Part shown: positions 28,301 through 38,755 of the stretch, one piece after another | Layout: every line of letters starts with the position of its first letter | Position numbering within the stretch: the stretch's first letter is position 1 | Assembly (NCBI GenBank): GCA_964518565.1 | Contig: CAZFGX010000001.1 | Coordinates: 203,046 to 267,045, forward strand | Source: an uncultured Gammaproteobacteria bacterium | GTDB lineage: Bacteria > Patescibacteriota > Microgenomatia > CAZETR01 > Amesbacteraceae | Direction of reading: 5' to 3' | Length of the DNA stretch: 64,000 nt | Program-made: the position numbers and the translations under genes | The notes under the pieces: generated by a model | Told to the model about the DNA's origin: nothing | What the model saw: only the letters and a program-made list of their open reading frames with translations | Database searches by the model: none

Positions 28301-30484
28301 ATGAAAATTGGTTTGTCAGTTGTTATTCCAGCCTATAACGAAGAAGAAAATGTTGCTAGCTGTCTGGAAAAAGTAAACAAAGTCTTAAAAACGCATCCCG
28401 AAATTGATGCCCAAATAATCTTAGTAAACGATGGTTCAAAAGATAAAACAGGTAAGATAGCAGAAAATTATAAAAATAAAATCGGTAATTTAACGGTAGT
28501 CCACAACAATCCTAATCGGGGATATGGTGGCTCATTAAAAGCAGGTTTTGAAAAAGCAGAAAAAGAATTTATTGTATTCACTCCAGCAGATAACCAATTT
28601 GATTTTTCAGAAGTAACAAAACTAATTGACAAGCAAAAAGAAACAGATTCGGACATTGTATCTGGTATACGTGTTGGAGGAGGTGTAGATCCCATACATA
28701 GAAAGTTAAATAGATGGGGCTGGAATACTGTGGTTCGTGCGCTATTTGGATATTTAGCGACTGATATAGACTGCGGCTTCAAGCTTTTTCGAAGAGAAAT
28801 TTTGTCACATGTGTACATACCTGCCGAACGTGGAGCCATGATCGATACCCAACTCTTTGCAAGCGCTAGGGCTAAGGGGTTTTCTGTGGCTGAAATACCA
28901 CTAACACATCTTCCACGGACGGCTGGAAAATCAACAGGCGCTAATTTTCGAGTTATTATTCAGTCGTTTATTGACTTAATCACTTTTTGGTGGCAATTAA
29001 AAAAAGAAATTTTAGTAGAACGTGGTCTAGCAGTATTCCCATGGGAGATGATTGCAATTTTTAGTATTCTTATTATCTCTTTATTCCTCCGACTATACAA
29101 AATTGATCAGTATATGACATTTTTAGGGGATGAAGGCAGAGATGCCCTAGTGTTACGAGAAATCGTTTTAGGACAACATGTACCTCTCATTGGCCCCGGA
29201 ACATCTATAGGAAACATGTACCTAGGTCCTCTGTATTATTATCTAACAGCCCCTGCAATCGCTATTGCGAAACTTTCTCCAGTCGGACCTGCTGTAGAAG
29301 TAGCATTATTTGGCGTTCTTACTGTTGGACTAATTTGGTGGATAGGTCGTCAATGGTTTGGGAGAATCTCTGCTCTAGTAAGTAGTGTTTTGTATGCAAT
29401 TGCCCCCACTGTCATTATCTACTCTCGTTCATCGTGGAATCCAAATATCATGCCATTTTTTGCCCTACTAGCAATATATTCAATCTGGAAAGTATGGCGC
29501 TTTGGATATTGGCGCTGGTTACTAGTTACTGCAATAAGTATGGCATTTGTTTTAAATAGTCATTATTTGGGTCTTATCCTATTACCCACAATTTGTTTCG
29601 TCTGGCTTTTACGAAAAAAAACCCCGGAATCCAAAAAATATTCACTTCTTGCACTAATAATTTTCTGCGTATGCATGTCTCCGTTGCTTTTCTTTGATTT
29701 AAGGCACAACTGGCAAAACTCACGAGCGGTAAAACAGTTTTTTACCAACAGAGAAAACACTGTCAATTTAAAAGCATACAAATCCTTTCCAAAAATTATA
29801 CCTACCACCAGTGCGATATCTGAGACGCTATTGGCGGCTAAAAAACCTCAATTAAACATTTATATTATTATTTTTGTATCAGTAACATTTATATACGCCG
29901 CATTTTCTAAAAAAATATCCAAAGATATTGGATTTTTACTTTTATGGTTTTTTATCGGTTGTGTAGGACTAAGCTTGTACAAGCAACATGTATACGACCA
30001 TTATTATGGTTTCCTGTTTCCGGTACCCTTTCTTCTGTTTGGGTTCTGTATTTCGATTTTGTTACATCAAAAAAATATTTTAGTTAAAAGCATGGCAGTA
30101 ATTATAAGTAGTGCAGTAATTTTTATAAATCTTTCACAAAATCCTTTAAAATTTAGTCCAAATAACCAGCTAAAAAATACACAAATGATATCAGAATTCA
30201 TTAAAGAAAAATCTAGCGATCAGCCTTTTAATCTCGCGTTATTGTCTAAATCAAATTATGACGCAAGTTATAGATATTTTTTAACATTAAATCAATCTCA
30301 ATATAAAAAAATTGACCATCAAAAAACTAATCAATTATATGTAATCTGTGAGTATCAGCCCTGTTCTCCTATTGGTAATCCATTGTGGGAAATTGCAGCA
30401 TTTGGATGGGCAAAAATTGATTCAGTATGGAATGTGTCAGGCGTAGAAATCTATCGCTTGCTGCCTAACCCTCAAGGATCATGA
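28301..30484 (+). CDS. bifunctional GT2 (DPM-synthase-like) - GT-C membrane glycosyltransferase fusion
   Basis: N-term 'VVIPAYNEEEN...VNDGSKDKT...FTPADNQFD'; C-term polytopic domain with 'GDEGRDALVLREIVLG...GPLYYY'. Confidence 0.65.
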   Translation: MKIGLSVVIPAYNEEENVASCLEKVNKVLKTHPEIDAQIILVNDGSKDKTGKIAENYKNKIGNLTVVHNNPNRGYGGSLKAGFEKAEKEFIVFTPADNQFDFSEVTKLIDKQKETDSDIVSGIRVGGGVDPIHRKLNRWGWNTVVRALFGYLATDIDCGFKLFRREILSHVYIPAERGAMIDTQLFASARAKGFSVAEIPLTHLPRTAGKSTGANFRVIIQSFIDLITFWWQLKKEILVERGLAVFPWEMIAIFSILIISLFLRLYKIDQYMTFLGDEGRDALVLREIVLGQHVPLIGPGTSIGNMYLGPLYYYLTAPAIAIAKLSPVGPAVEVALFGVLTVGLIWWIGRQWFGRISALVSSVLYAIAPTVIIYSRSSWNPNIMPFFALLAIYSIWKVWRFGYWRWLLVTAISMAFVLNSHYLGLILLPTICFVWLLRKKTPESKKYSLLALIIFCVCMSPLLFFDLRHNWQNSRAVKQFFTNRENTVNLKAYKSFPKIIPTTSAISETLLAAKKPQLNIYIIIFVSVTFIYAAFSKKISKDIGFLLLWFFIGCVGLSLYKQHVYDHYYGFLFPVPFLLFGFCISILLHQKNILVKSMAVIISSAVIFINLSQNPLKFSPNNQLKNTQMISEFIKEKSSDQPFNLALLSKSNYDASYRYFLTLNQSQYKKIDHQKTNQLYVICEYQPCSPIGNPLWEIAAFGWAKIDSVWNVSGVEIYRLLPNPQGS

Positions 30485-31920
30485 AATACCTCAGTCTCCT
30501 GGTTGTTATTATTATAGTAGGTGCATTTTTCAGATTGTATCGAACCTCAGAGTTTTTAGGATTTTGGTACGACCAGGGCCGTGATGCAAAGATTGTTTGG
30601 TCAGCTATACACAATCAAAAATTATTCTTAATCGGACCAACTACAGGCATAGAGGGTATCTTCCTTGGGCCATTTTATTATTACTTACTACTTCCTTTGT
30701 ATTGGTTTGGTAAGGGTGATCCTCAAATTCCGGCAATGTCATTCGCTGTGATAAATGTAATAGTTATATTTTTTTTATACAAAATAGGGGAGATATTTAA
30801 AAACAAGAAAACAGGTCTAATAGCAGCCCTATTATATGGACTATCATCAGATCTGGTTCAACTGAGCCGATGGTTATCCAATCCTACACCGCTGCCTTTA
30901 TTCGCAGTAATCTGTATATATTGCTTAGCTAAAATTATTACAAAACAGGGCAGCAGAAAACATTGGTTAATTTCTAGTTTATGTGTTGGACTTGGCCTTC
31001 AGTTAGAAGCTGCTTCAGCTACGTTTTTTATACCCATTCTTGTAATTATCATTCTCATTTACAGAAAATATACAGTTAGTTCACTAGTGGTATTCACACT
31101 AACGCTTTTACCACAATTTATTTTTAACATTCGCCATGACAATATATTACTCGAAGCTTTTCAAAAATTTTTAATTACAGAAAAAAGTTTTATTCCCAAT
31201 ACATCATCATATATTTCTCATCGACTAAGCCAATACATAGATATCTTCTTAGGAAAAATATCTCATGATCAATATATTCAGTTTGCTGTAGGAATTATAT
31301 TAAGTGTAGCAATAATAGTTTATAGAAAAAAAATTATAAATAGAGTTTTTTTACTTCTAATGGTTTGGTGGGTATTGCCAATGCTAGTTTTATTGCTTTA
31401 CCACGGAAATCATGGATTTGTATGGAGTTATTATTTTATTGGAGCGTTTCCAGGTTTTATATTGTCGATCGCATGGATATTGGCTTCAATCAATCGATCA
31501 ATTATGTCTATTTTTTTGGCTTTATTTATATTGCAAAATATCGCGAGTAATATTTCATTTATTACCTTAAAACATCCCAATTACATTACATTTTCAGATA
31601 TATATCAAGCCGTGGAGTGGATTTATAAAGATAACAAGAACAACGATTTCAATGTCGATATATATGTGCCGCCAGTCATGACTGATGCATATGATTACTT
31701 TTTTTTATGGTTGGGTACAACCAAATATAGTCGACTGCCTTCAAGTCAAATGAAAAACCGTCTCTATCTAATAGCAGAACCAGATGGAGAACATCCATAT
31801 TATCGCCAAAAATGGCTGAACAGACAAAATACTTACGGCCAAATTGAACTAACCGACACTATTGGTCCGCTGTATATTGCGCGTCTATCAAGGTATGATT
31901 TCAGTAAATCCCATGAATAA
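30481..31920 (+). CDS. GT-C-like membrane glycosyltransferase (GRDA-motif family)
   Basis: 'WYDQGRDAKIVWSAI...FLGPFYYY' paralogous to C-domain of 28301 gene; ATGA coupling. Confidence 0.5.
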   Translation: MKYLSLLVVIIIVGAFFRLYRTSEFLGFWYDQGRDAKIVWSAIHNQKLFLIGPTTGIEGIFLGPFYYYLLLPLYWFGKGDPQIPAMSFAVINVIVIFFLYKIGEIFKNKKTGLIAALLYGLSSDLVQLSRWLSNPTPLPLFAVICIYCLAKIITKQGSRKHWLISSLCVGLGLQLEAASATFFIPILVIIILIYRKYTVSSLVVFTLTLLPQFIFNIRHDNILLEAFQKFLITEKSFIPNTSSYISHRLSQYIDIFLGKISHDQYIQFAVGIILSVAIIVYRKKIINRVFLLLMVWWVLPMLVLLLYHGNHGFVWSYYFIGAFPGFILSIAWILASINRSIMSIFLALFILQNIASNISFITLKHPNYITFSDIYQAVEWIYKDNKNNDFNVDIYVPPVMTDAYDYFFLWLGTTKYSRLPSSQMKNRLYLIAEPDGEHPYYRQKWLNRQNTYGQIELTDTIGPLYIARLSRYDFSKSHE

Positions 31921-33382
31921 GGCCACCACAACCATTTGCGTAGTCATTTTACTTATAGGAATGTTTTTACGAGTTTATGATTATAAAGAGCGTTTTTATT
32001 ATGGCCATGACAACGATCTTGCTTCATGGATTGTCAAAGACGTTGTTGTAAATCACCACCATAGGCTAATCGGCCAATTGACTTCATCTCCGGGAATATT
32101 TATTGGATCCTTTTTTTATTATGCATTAATACCGTTCTATCTTTTAGGTCATATGGATCCTGTATATAGCGTGGGCTTTTCATGGCTGATGAGTCTATTG
32201 TCTATTTTGAGTATATTTTATGTAACAGCAAAAATTCATGGAAAAAAGACCGCTATTTTTGCAACTCTTATTTATGCTCTTTCGTCAAGCATTGTTTCGA
32301 CTGATCGTGAGGTAGTGCCTACAACAGCTGTGCATATATGGTCTATCTGGTTTTACTATGCAATCTCAAATTGGTTTAATAAGAAAACAAATAGCATATA
32401 TATATTTGCCATATTGTTCGCATTGGTTTGGCATATTCATTTAATTTTAGGCCTGTTGTCCATAATTGTGATAATTGGCTATCTCCCTCAAATCAAGCAT
32501 ATTGAGATAAAAAAAATTATTCTGGCCGCAACAATATTTTTCATACTAGGCAGTCCTTTATTTAGTTTTGAATATCGGCATAATTTCTCTCAAACAAGAG
32601 CCTTATTTGGTTCTTTTGGTCAACATGCGAGAGTTGAAAGAACTGTATCAGAAAAATTTATACATGTAGGGGAGTATGTCGCAAAAAATATAAACAATAT
32701 TGTATGGGAAAAGCCAGAATCTATAAATAAATTTTTTATCCCCTTAATTTTGGCAATCTGCATATTGATTTCTTTCCTAAAACAAAAAGTTTCTTCCACG
32801 AGCATGCTCCCAGCCGCAATATGGATTGGACTGATAACGACTTTTTTTGCTCTCCATCCAATAAATTTATCTGAGTATTATTTAAACAGTTTAAACATTA
32901 TATGGATAGTCTGGATCGGGATTATATTTGCATCGATTTGGTCGAATAATAAAATCGCCAAATTTACTGTATTATCAGCGCTATCTCTCTTCGCATATCA
33001 CAACATTAATCGATATCTCTTCATGAACGTTAACAAGAGCGGTTATGTAGAAAAAACTGCAATTATTTCAGCCATTGCGCGCGATGCGCAAAATCATGGC
33101 TATCCTTGTGTGTCCATTTCATATATTACCGATCCTGGAAACAATTTAGGATACAGATATTTAATTTGGTACAAGGGTTTAAAAACAGCCCCAATCACAA
33201 ACAAAGTTCCAGTATATTCAATCGTATATCCACATGTACTCGTAGGAAAGATTGATGAGTCGTTTGGAGCAATAGGTCTAATTTATCCAGAATATGAAAA
33301 ATTTTCCATGGCTCGTATAATTGAAAATTGCCAAGGTCCTGATCAAAATACTACAGAATCCATGTTTGGTTTCACAAAATAA
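31913..33382 (+). CDS. GT-C-like membrane glycosyltransferase (GRDA-motif family paralog)
   Basis: ATG 31913 (track 31862 upstream extension unlikely); 'GHDNDLASWIVKD...FIGSFFYY'. Confidence 0.5.
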   Translation: MNKATTTICVVILLIGMFLRVYDYKERFYYGHDNDLASWIVKDVVVNHHHRLIGQLTSSPGIFIGSFFYYALIPFYLLGHMDPVYSVGFSWLMSLLSILSIFYVTAKIHGKKTAIFATLIYALSSSIVSTDREVVPTTAVHIWSIWFYYAISNWFNKKTNSIYIFAILFALVWHIHLILGLLSIIVIIGYLPQIKHIEIKKIILAATIFFILGSPLFSFEYRHNFSQTRALFGSFGQHARVERTVSEKFIHVGEYVAKNINNIVWEKPESINKFFIPLILAICILISFLKQKVSSTSMLPAAIWIGLITTFFALHPINLSEYYLNSLNIIWIVWIGIIFASIWSNNKIAKFTVLSALSLFAYHNINRYLFMNVNKSGYVEKTAIISAIARDAQNHGYPCVSISYITDPGNNLGYRYLIWYKGLKTAPITNKVPVYSIVYPHVLVGKIDESFGAIGLIYPEYEKFSMARIIENCQGPDQNTTESMFGFTK

Positions 33383-33386
33383 ATAT

Positions 33387-34148
33387 ATGCAACCATATCT
33401 GTCAATCATTGTTCCAGCATATAACGAAGAGCAAAACATTAATAAAGGGGTGATTGAAGGACTGGTCGAATATCTAAATAGTCAAACATTCACTTGGGAA
33501 ATACTAATTGTAAATGATGGCTCGACGGATCAAACAGATAAATTAATTAAGAAGATTTCAAAAGATAATAATAAAATTATTTACATACAAAACCCTCACA
33601 TGGGAAAGGCAGCTACAATTATGACCGGAGCGGCAAGAGCAAACGGTAAGTACTTTGTGTATACAGATATGGATCAAGCCACCCCAATTTCTGAAATACA
33701 TAAACTTTTGCACCAGCTAAATCAAGGTATAGACATTGTCATTGGTTCGCGCCAAAATCGAAAAGGAGCACCATTGTTTCGTCAAATATTGGCTTATGGA
33801 AATGTTATTATGCGCACATTAATTCTACGTCTACCGTATAAAGATACCCAATGTGGATTTAAGGCTTTTAGTTCATCTTCAGCAAAAAAAATATTTTTGA
33901 TTATGCAAAAATTCCATCCTCTAAAAGTGATTGACGGGCCAGCAGTAAATGCGGGATTTGATATGGAAATACTTTTTTTAGCCAGAAAATTAAAATATCG
34001 AGTGGTCGAGGTACCAGTTCAGTGGCGGCATCAAGAAACAAAACGTGTCTCGTTTATTAGAGATGCTTTCGCGAGTATGAAAGAATTAATGCTTATTCGC
34101 TATCGCGCGATTACAAATGCTTACGATCTAACCGATGACAATAAATAA
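33387..34148 (+). CDS. glycosyltransferase family 2 (polyprenyl-phosphate sugar synthase-like)
   Basis: 'LSIIVPAYNEEQNI', 'VNDGSTDQT', 'YTDMDQATP'; track 33321 start replaced by ATG 33387. Confidence 0.7.
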   Translation: MQPYLSIIVPAYNEEQNINKGVIEGLVEYLNSQTFTWEILIVNDGSTDQTDKLIKKISKDNNKIIYIQNPHMGKAATIMTGAARANGKYFVYTDMDQATPISEIHKLLHQLNQGIDIVIGSRQNRKGAPLFRQILAYGNVIMRTLILRLPYKDTQCGFKAFSSSSAKKIFLIMQKFHPLKVIDGPAVNAGFDMEILFLARKLKYRVVEVPVQWRHQETKRVSFIRDAFASMKELMLIRYRAITNAYDLTDDNK

Positions 34149-35643
34149 AAATCGTCTATCGATAATAAATATCAGTATTATTATTGGAATAATTGCAGTT
34201 GGGGCATTTTTACGATTAACAAATCTCAATGCGATACCGGTTTTTGCGGACGAATCTATTTACATACGCTGGTCTCAAGTAATGAAATCAGAATCGACAC
34301 TGCGTTTTTTGCCACTGTCGGATGGGAAACAGCCATTATATATGTGGACAGTAATGCCTTTTTTAAAATTAATTTCAGATCCACTTATTGCCGCAAGAAT
34401 AGTATCTGGTTTCTGTGGGATTGTTACAACAATTGGCGTTGGACTTGCTGCCTGGTTATTATTTAAAAATAGACGAGTAGCATTTTTATCTGCAGCCATC
34501 TGGTCGGTACTACCCTATGCTGTATTCTTCGAGCGTTTGGCTCTAGCTGATGCAATGTTGGCCATGTTTATTATTTGGACTTTTAATTGTATGTATATTG
34601 CTTTAAAACAAATACGATTAGATTTTGGAATGCTAGCAGGTTTTTGTTTAGGATTTGCCTGGTTAACAAAGTCGCCGGCGATGATCATATTATTACTGCT
34701 TCCTTGTTTATTAATTGTTTCAATAAACAAATCTGAGTTAATCAAACAAATTGGTATTTTGCTTGTGTGTTTTGTAATTAGTTATGTCATGTACAACATT
34801 CTCCGACTGGGGCCAGAGTTTCATATGATTGCCATACGAAATAGAGATTATATTTTTCCGTTATCTGAAATAATTCATCATCCATTAAACCCATTAATAA
34901 GCAATTTGAAAACAACTGTAATTCTTTTTGGCTATTTGCTAACTCCTGTTGGGCTATTGTTAGCATTACTAGGTATTTTAGATAGGGGAAAAAATCACAT
35001 ACCACAACGAATTTGTTTAGTTATTTTTCTGCTTTTACCAATTTTTATCCAATCAGGGATTGCAAAAACATTCACTGCTCGCTATTTACTATATACCATA
35101 CCATTTGCAGTGATTTTAATCAGTCACGCCATTGAACATATTGGTCAACACACCAAGAAACATTTTTTAGTTTTGGTAGCTGCTGCAACAGTCGTGATTC
35201 CTTCGTTATGGATAGACATCCAATTACTTACAAAACCAGAAAACGCCCCCTTGCCCAAAATCGAGCGTTCAGGATACCTTGAAGGCTGGACAGCGGGTTA
35301 TGGAATAAAGGAAATTAGTCAAAAAATAAATAATCTTCCACCAACAGAAAATATTGTAGTGGGTGCAGAAGGTTTTTTTGGAACACCATTTAGTGCGTTA
35401 CAAATTTACACTAATAATCATCCAAATATTCGCATAGTCGGAGTTGGTATATATGTAGACACTTTAAACGAAAATCTTGTCCAAGCCAAAAAGGATAATA
35501 CGGTATTTTTAGTTGTAAATTCTTCTAGGTTTCATATAGCTAATCCTGAAAAAGAGGGTCTTTTGTTGCTAGCAAGTTTCCCCAAGGCAATCCAGGCGGA
35601 TGGATCTCAAGAATTTACTCTATTTTTCCAATTAAAAAAATGA
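34135..35643 (+). CDS. ArnT/PMT-like GT-C glycosyltransferase
   Basis: 'IPVFADESIYIRWSQVM' DE motif in first loop, ~12 TM. Confidence 0.55.
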   Translation: MTINKNRLSIINISIIIGIIAVGAFLRLTNLNAIPVFADESIYIRWSQVMKSESTLRFLPLSDGKQPLYMWTVMPFLKLISDPLIAARIVSGFCGIVTTIGVGLAAWLLFKNRRVAFLSAAIWSVLPYAVFFERLALADAMLAMFIIWTFNCMYIALKQIRLDFGMLAGFCLGFAWLTKSPAMIILLLLPCLLIVSINKSELIKQIGILLVCFVISYVMYNILRLGPEFHMIAIRNRDYIFPLSEIIHHPLNPLISNLKTTVILFGYLLTPVGLLLALLGILDRGKNHIPQRICLVIFLLLPIFIQSGIAKTFTARYLLYTIPFAVILISHAIEHIGQHTKKHFLVLVAAATVVIPSLWIDIQLLTKPENAPLPKIERSGYLEGWTAGYGIKEISQKINNLPPTENIVVGAEGFFGTPFSALQIYTNNHPNIRIVGVGIYVDTLNENLVQAKKDNTVFLVVNSSRFHIANPEKEGLLLLASFPKAIQADGSQEFTLFFQLKK

Positions 35644-37295
35644 AATACCTGCTCATATTGGTAATTTTGTTGACACCTACATATAGTTTGTTATTACAGC
35701 GGGGATTTTTCCCCGTACATGACAATCTTCAACCAATGCGTCAGCTTCAGATGGAGAAATGTTTTTCAGATGGTCAGATCCCTTGTAGATGGGTTCCAGA
35801 TATGGGTAATGGATATGGCTACCCACTATTTAACTATTACCCCCCCCTTCCTTATCTACTTGGACAAGTATTCAGAATTGCTAATTTTTCATTCATAGAT
35901 ACGATAAAAGCAGTTGGTGTGACCGGATTCGTTCTTGGCGGACTTGGTATGTATTATTTAGCAAAAGAAATATGGGGTAAAAAAGCTGGCCTAATCTCAG
36001 CAATACTGTTCAGTTATGCCCCATACCATTCTGTTGACTATTTTGTTCGAGGAGCTGTAAATGAGTTTTGGGCAATGACAGCCTATCCATTAATATTTTT
36101 TCTCTTTTTAAAACTTATTAAATCATCAAGGCCAATATATGTACCATTTTGTGCTATCTCACTTGCCGTTCTGATGCTTTCACATAATTTAATGTTAATG
36201 ATTTTTATTCCATTTTTTGTTCTATGGATCACATATTGGTTAACTACCTATCCTAAAAAAAATTCATTAATATTTGTAATTGCTTCAGGACTACTTGGTA
36301 TTTCAATATCTGCATTTTTTAATATTCCGGTTTTGTTTGAGCAAAAGCTGGTACATATCGAAACATTAACAATCGGATACTTTAACTATCTGGCACACTT
36401 TGCAGATATTAAACAACTATTTTTTGAAACAAATTGGGGGTATGGAGGATCTTCCTTGGGTCATAACGATGGTCTAAGTTTTGCTCTAGGTTATGTTCAA
36501 TCTGCAGCGGCATTGGGAGGATTATTATTTGGAATATTTATAAAAAAAATCTCTGCCGACCGAAAAATAATTTTTGGCTTATTTATAAGTTTGCTTCTAA
36601 GTTTATTTATGACCCACTCACGTTCTTCATTTATCTGGGATCACATTAGGCCTCTTCAGTTCTTACAATTCCCATGGAGATTTTTGACTATTGCTGTATT
36701 TTTTGCTGGTTTGCTTGGCGGAGTTATTGCAAAAATAAATTCAAAAATTTCGATAGTTCTGATAGTAATATGTCTGATGGTAAATGGAAATTATTTTCGA
36801 CCAAGTGAATGGTATTTTGATCAAAATGATAGCCAAATGTTTTCAGGAGATTCGTGGAAAAAATTAATAACAGCAAGTATTTTTGATTATTTACCTATAT
36901 CCGCCACTCTCCCGCCTGTGAACACTGTCACAAGTCCTATTGTTTCGCTCAAAGAACCGATTTTTATCGAAGAATTAGCTCAAAAAACTAACAAGGAAGA
37001 ATATAAAATCGTTTCTTCACACAGCACAGAAATAAAATTCAATAAGTTATATTTTCCATATTGGACAGTTAGCGTAAATAACCAACCAGCAGAGCTAAAA
37101 ATTACCCCAGATGAAGGAACCTTTTCCACTACAATTCCTAGTGGAACAAATTATATTCAACTAAAATTACAAAACACTCCAATTAGACATGTTGCCAATA
37201 TTCTCTCTGTGGTCGGGATATTCGTATCAGTTTTCTGGATTGTCGCGGCTAAGTGGTCTAAAATATCAAATGTATGGAAACTGAAGTTACGCTAG
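35640..37295 (+). CDS. membrane protein of CFSD-QIPC-WVPD-GYGYPLF family (possibly YfhO-like GT-C)
   Basis: Conserved N-terminal loop shared with 52895 and 54520 genes; C-terminal 'FPYW..S.N' beta-rich domain. Confidence 0.45.
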   Translation: MKYLLILVILLTPTYSLLLQRGFFPVHDNLQPMRQLQMEKCFSDGQIPCRWVPDMGNGYGYPLFNYYPPLPYLLGQVFRIANFSFIDTIKAVGVTGFVLGGLGMYYLAKEIWGKKAGLISAILFSYAPYHSVDYFVRGAVNEFWAMTAYPLIFFLFLKLIKSSRPIYVPFCAISLAVLMLSHNLMLMIFIPFFVLWITYWLTTYPKKNSLIFVIASGLLGISISAFFNIPVLFEQKLVHIETLTIGYFNYLAHFADIKQLFFETNWGYGGSSLGHNDGLSFALGYVQSAAALGGLLFGIFIKKISADRKIIFGLFISLLLSLFMTHSRSSFIWDHIRPLQFLQFPWRFLTIAVFFAGLLGGVIAKINSKISIVLIVICLMVNGNYFRPSEWYFDQNDSQMFSGDSWKKLITASIFDYLPISATLPPVNTVTSPIVSLKEPIFIEELAQKTNKEEYKIVSSHSTEIKFNKLYFPYWTVSVNNQPAELKITPDEGTFSTTIPSGTNYIQLKLQNTPIRHVANILSVVGIFVSVFWIVAAKWSKISNVWKLKLR

Positions 37296-38755
37296 GTCAT
37301 ATTGATATAGATACGGTAAAAACCAGATCTATTAGTGGAGTTATTACACTTATCACTCGTTCATTTATTCAAAGAATTATTAGCTCTGTCGGATTTTTTT
37401 TCATATCAGTTTTTTTATCTCGTCCTGAGATTGGTATTTTTATTGCAGTTAATGATTTAGTTTCAATACTTGGATATTTTTCAGACATTGGATTAGCAGC
37501 ATCATTAATTCAAAAAAAAGATCAAATAACACGAGAAGATTTAAAAACCACCTTTACGCTTCAACAATTAATTGTCTCTAGTTTGATAATTTTAACTATT
37601 GCGGGTTCCTATTGGATATTAAAGTTTTATCAAATAGGTACAGGTGGAAGTTGGTTATTCTTTAGTTTGCTGTTAGCTTTCTTTCTAGCTTCATTAAAAA
37701 CAATCCCTTCAGTTATTCTTGAGCGACAATTAAAATTTGAAGTTTTAGCATTAGTAGAAATGGTTGAAACAGTGGTCTTCTATGTCATTGTTGTAGTGTT
37801 GGCATGGAAGGGGTTTGGTATTAGTTCTTATGCGATTGCCGTTTTAGTCAGAGGGGTAATTGGAACAACTATTCTATACAAGTTGTCACCATGGAAAATG
37901 GGGTTGGGGATATCCAAATCAAGTTTAAAAAGTCTTCTATCGTTTGGATTGCCATATCAATTCAACAGCTTAATGGCGGTAATAAAAGATAGGTTTGTAA
38001 ATATTGCTTTGTGGAAAATCGTTGGAGCAGACGGGGTGGGGATATTGGGATGGGCACAGAATTGGTCACAATTGCCACTAAGATTTGTTATGGATAATGT
38101 AACAAAAGTCACGTTCCCGGCATACGCAAGGCTTCAATCGCATCCTGATCAATTAAAAAATGCAATAGAAAAAACACTTTTCTTTATTGCATTTTTAACC
38201 TTCCCGCTCGTTGCGGGATTGGCAATTATTTCGCCAATGCTGATTCATATAATTCCTAAATATGCTAAATGGGAAGTGGCGTTGATTCCATTGATCCTTT
38301 ATTGCTTCAATAGCGCCTGGGCAAGTATATCTACACCATTAACCAATTTAATTAATGCGATGGGTAAGGTAAAAATAAATTCATATCTAATGATTATGTG
38401 GACATTGTTGACATGGATTTTGACACCTTGGTTAGCGATAAAGTACGGATATATTGGAGTTAGTTATGCTTCTGCAATAATTGCACTTTCATCAATTGTT
38501 CCAATAATTATTGCCAAAAATTTGGTAAATTTTTCACTCAAAAAAAGCGTCTTACCTCCTGTAATTGCGGTAATAATTATGTTTATGTTGGGGTGGTATC
38601 TGGTACATGCATTACCCGCAAGTATTGCGAATGTCATTGTTATAATTGTTGCTTGTTCAATCGTATATTTCAGTCTAAATATAGTATTTTTAGGCCAAAA
38701 CTTAATAGTTGACGTTAAAAAATTCTCCCATGCGTTCATTCATCGAAAAAAATAA
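37274..38755 (+). CDS. Wzx-type oligosaccharide flippase (MOP superfamily)
   Basis: ~14 TM, 'polysaccharide biosynthesis protein'-like N-terminus, C-terminal repeat of 6-TM bundle. Confidence 0.6.
   Translation: METEVTLGHIDIDTVKTRSISGVITLITRSFIQRIISSVGFFFISVFLSRPEIGIFIAVNDLVSILGYFSDIGLAASLIQKKDQITREDLKTTFTLQQLIVSSLIILTIAGSYWILKFYQIGTGGSWLFFSLLLAFFLASLKTIPSVILERQLKFEVLALVEMVETVVFYVIVVVLAWKGFGISSYAIAVLVRGVIGTTILYKLSPWKMGLGISKSSLKSLLSFGLPYQFNSLMAVIKDRFVNIALWKIVGADGVGILGWAQNWSQLPLRFVMDNVTKVTFPAYARLQSHPDQLKNAIEKTLFFIAFLTFPLVAGLAIISPMLIHIIPKYAKWEVALIPLILYCFNSAWASISTPLTNLINAMGKVKINSYLMIMWTLLTWILTPWLAIKYGYIGVSYASAIIALSSIVPIIIAKNLVNFSLKKSVLPPVIAVIIMFMLGWYLVHALPASIANVIVIIVACSIVYFSLNIVFLGQNLIVDVKKFSHAFIHRKK

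Noticed and set aside
35640-37295. Assigning family-B membrane proteins as oligosaccharyltransferase (STT3/AglB/PglB)
   Set aside because: No WWDYG or DxD/MI motifs characteristic of OST catalytic subunits were seen.
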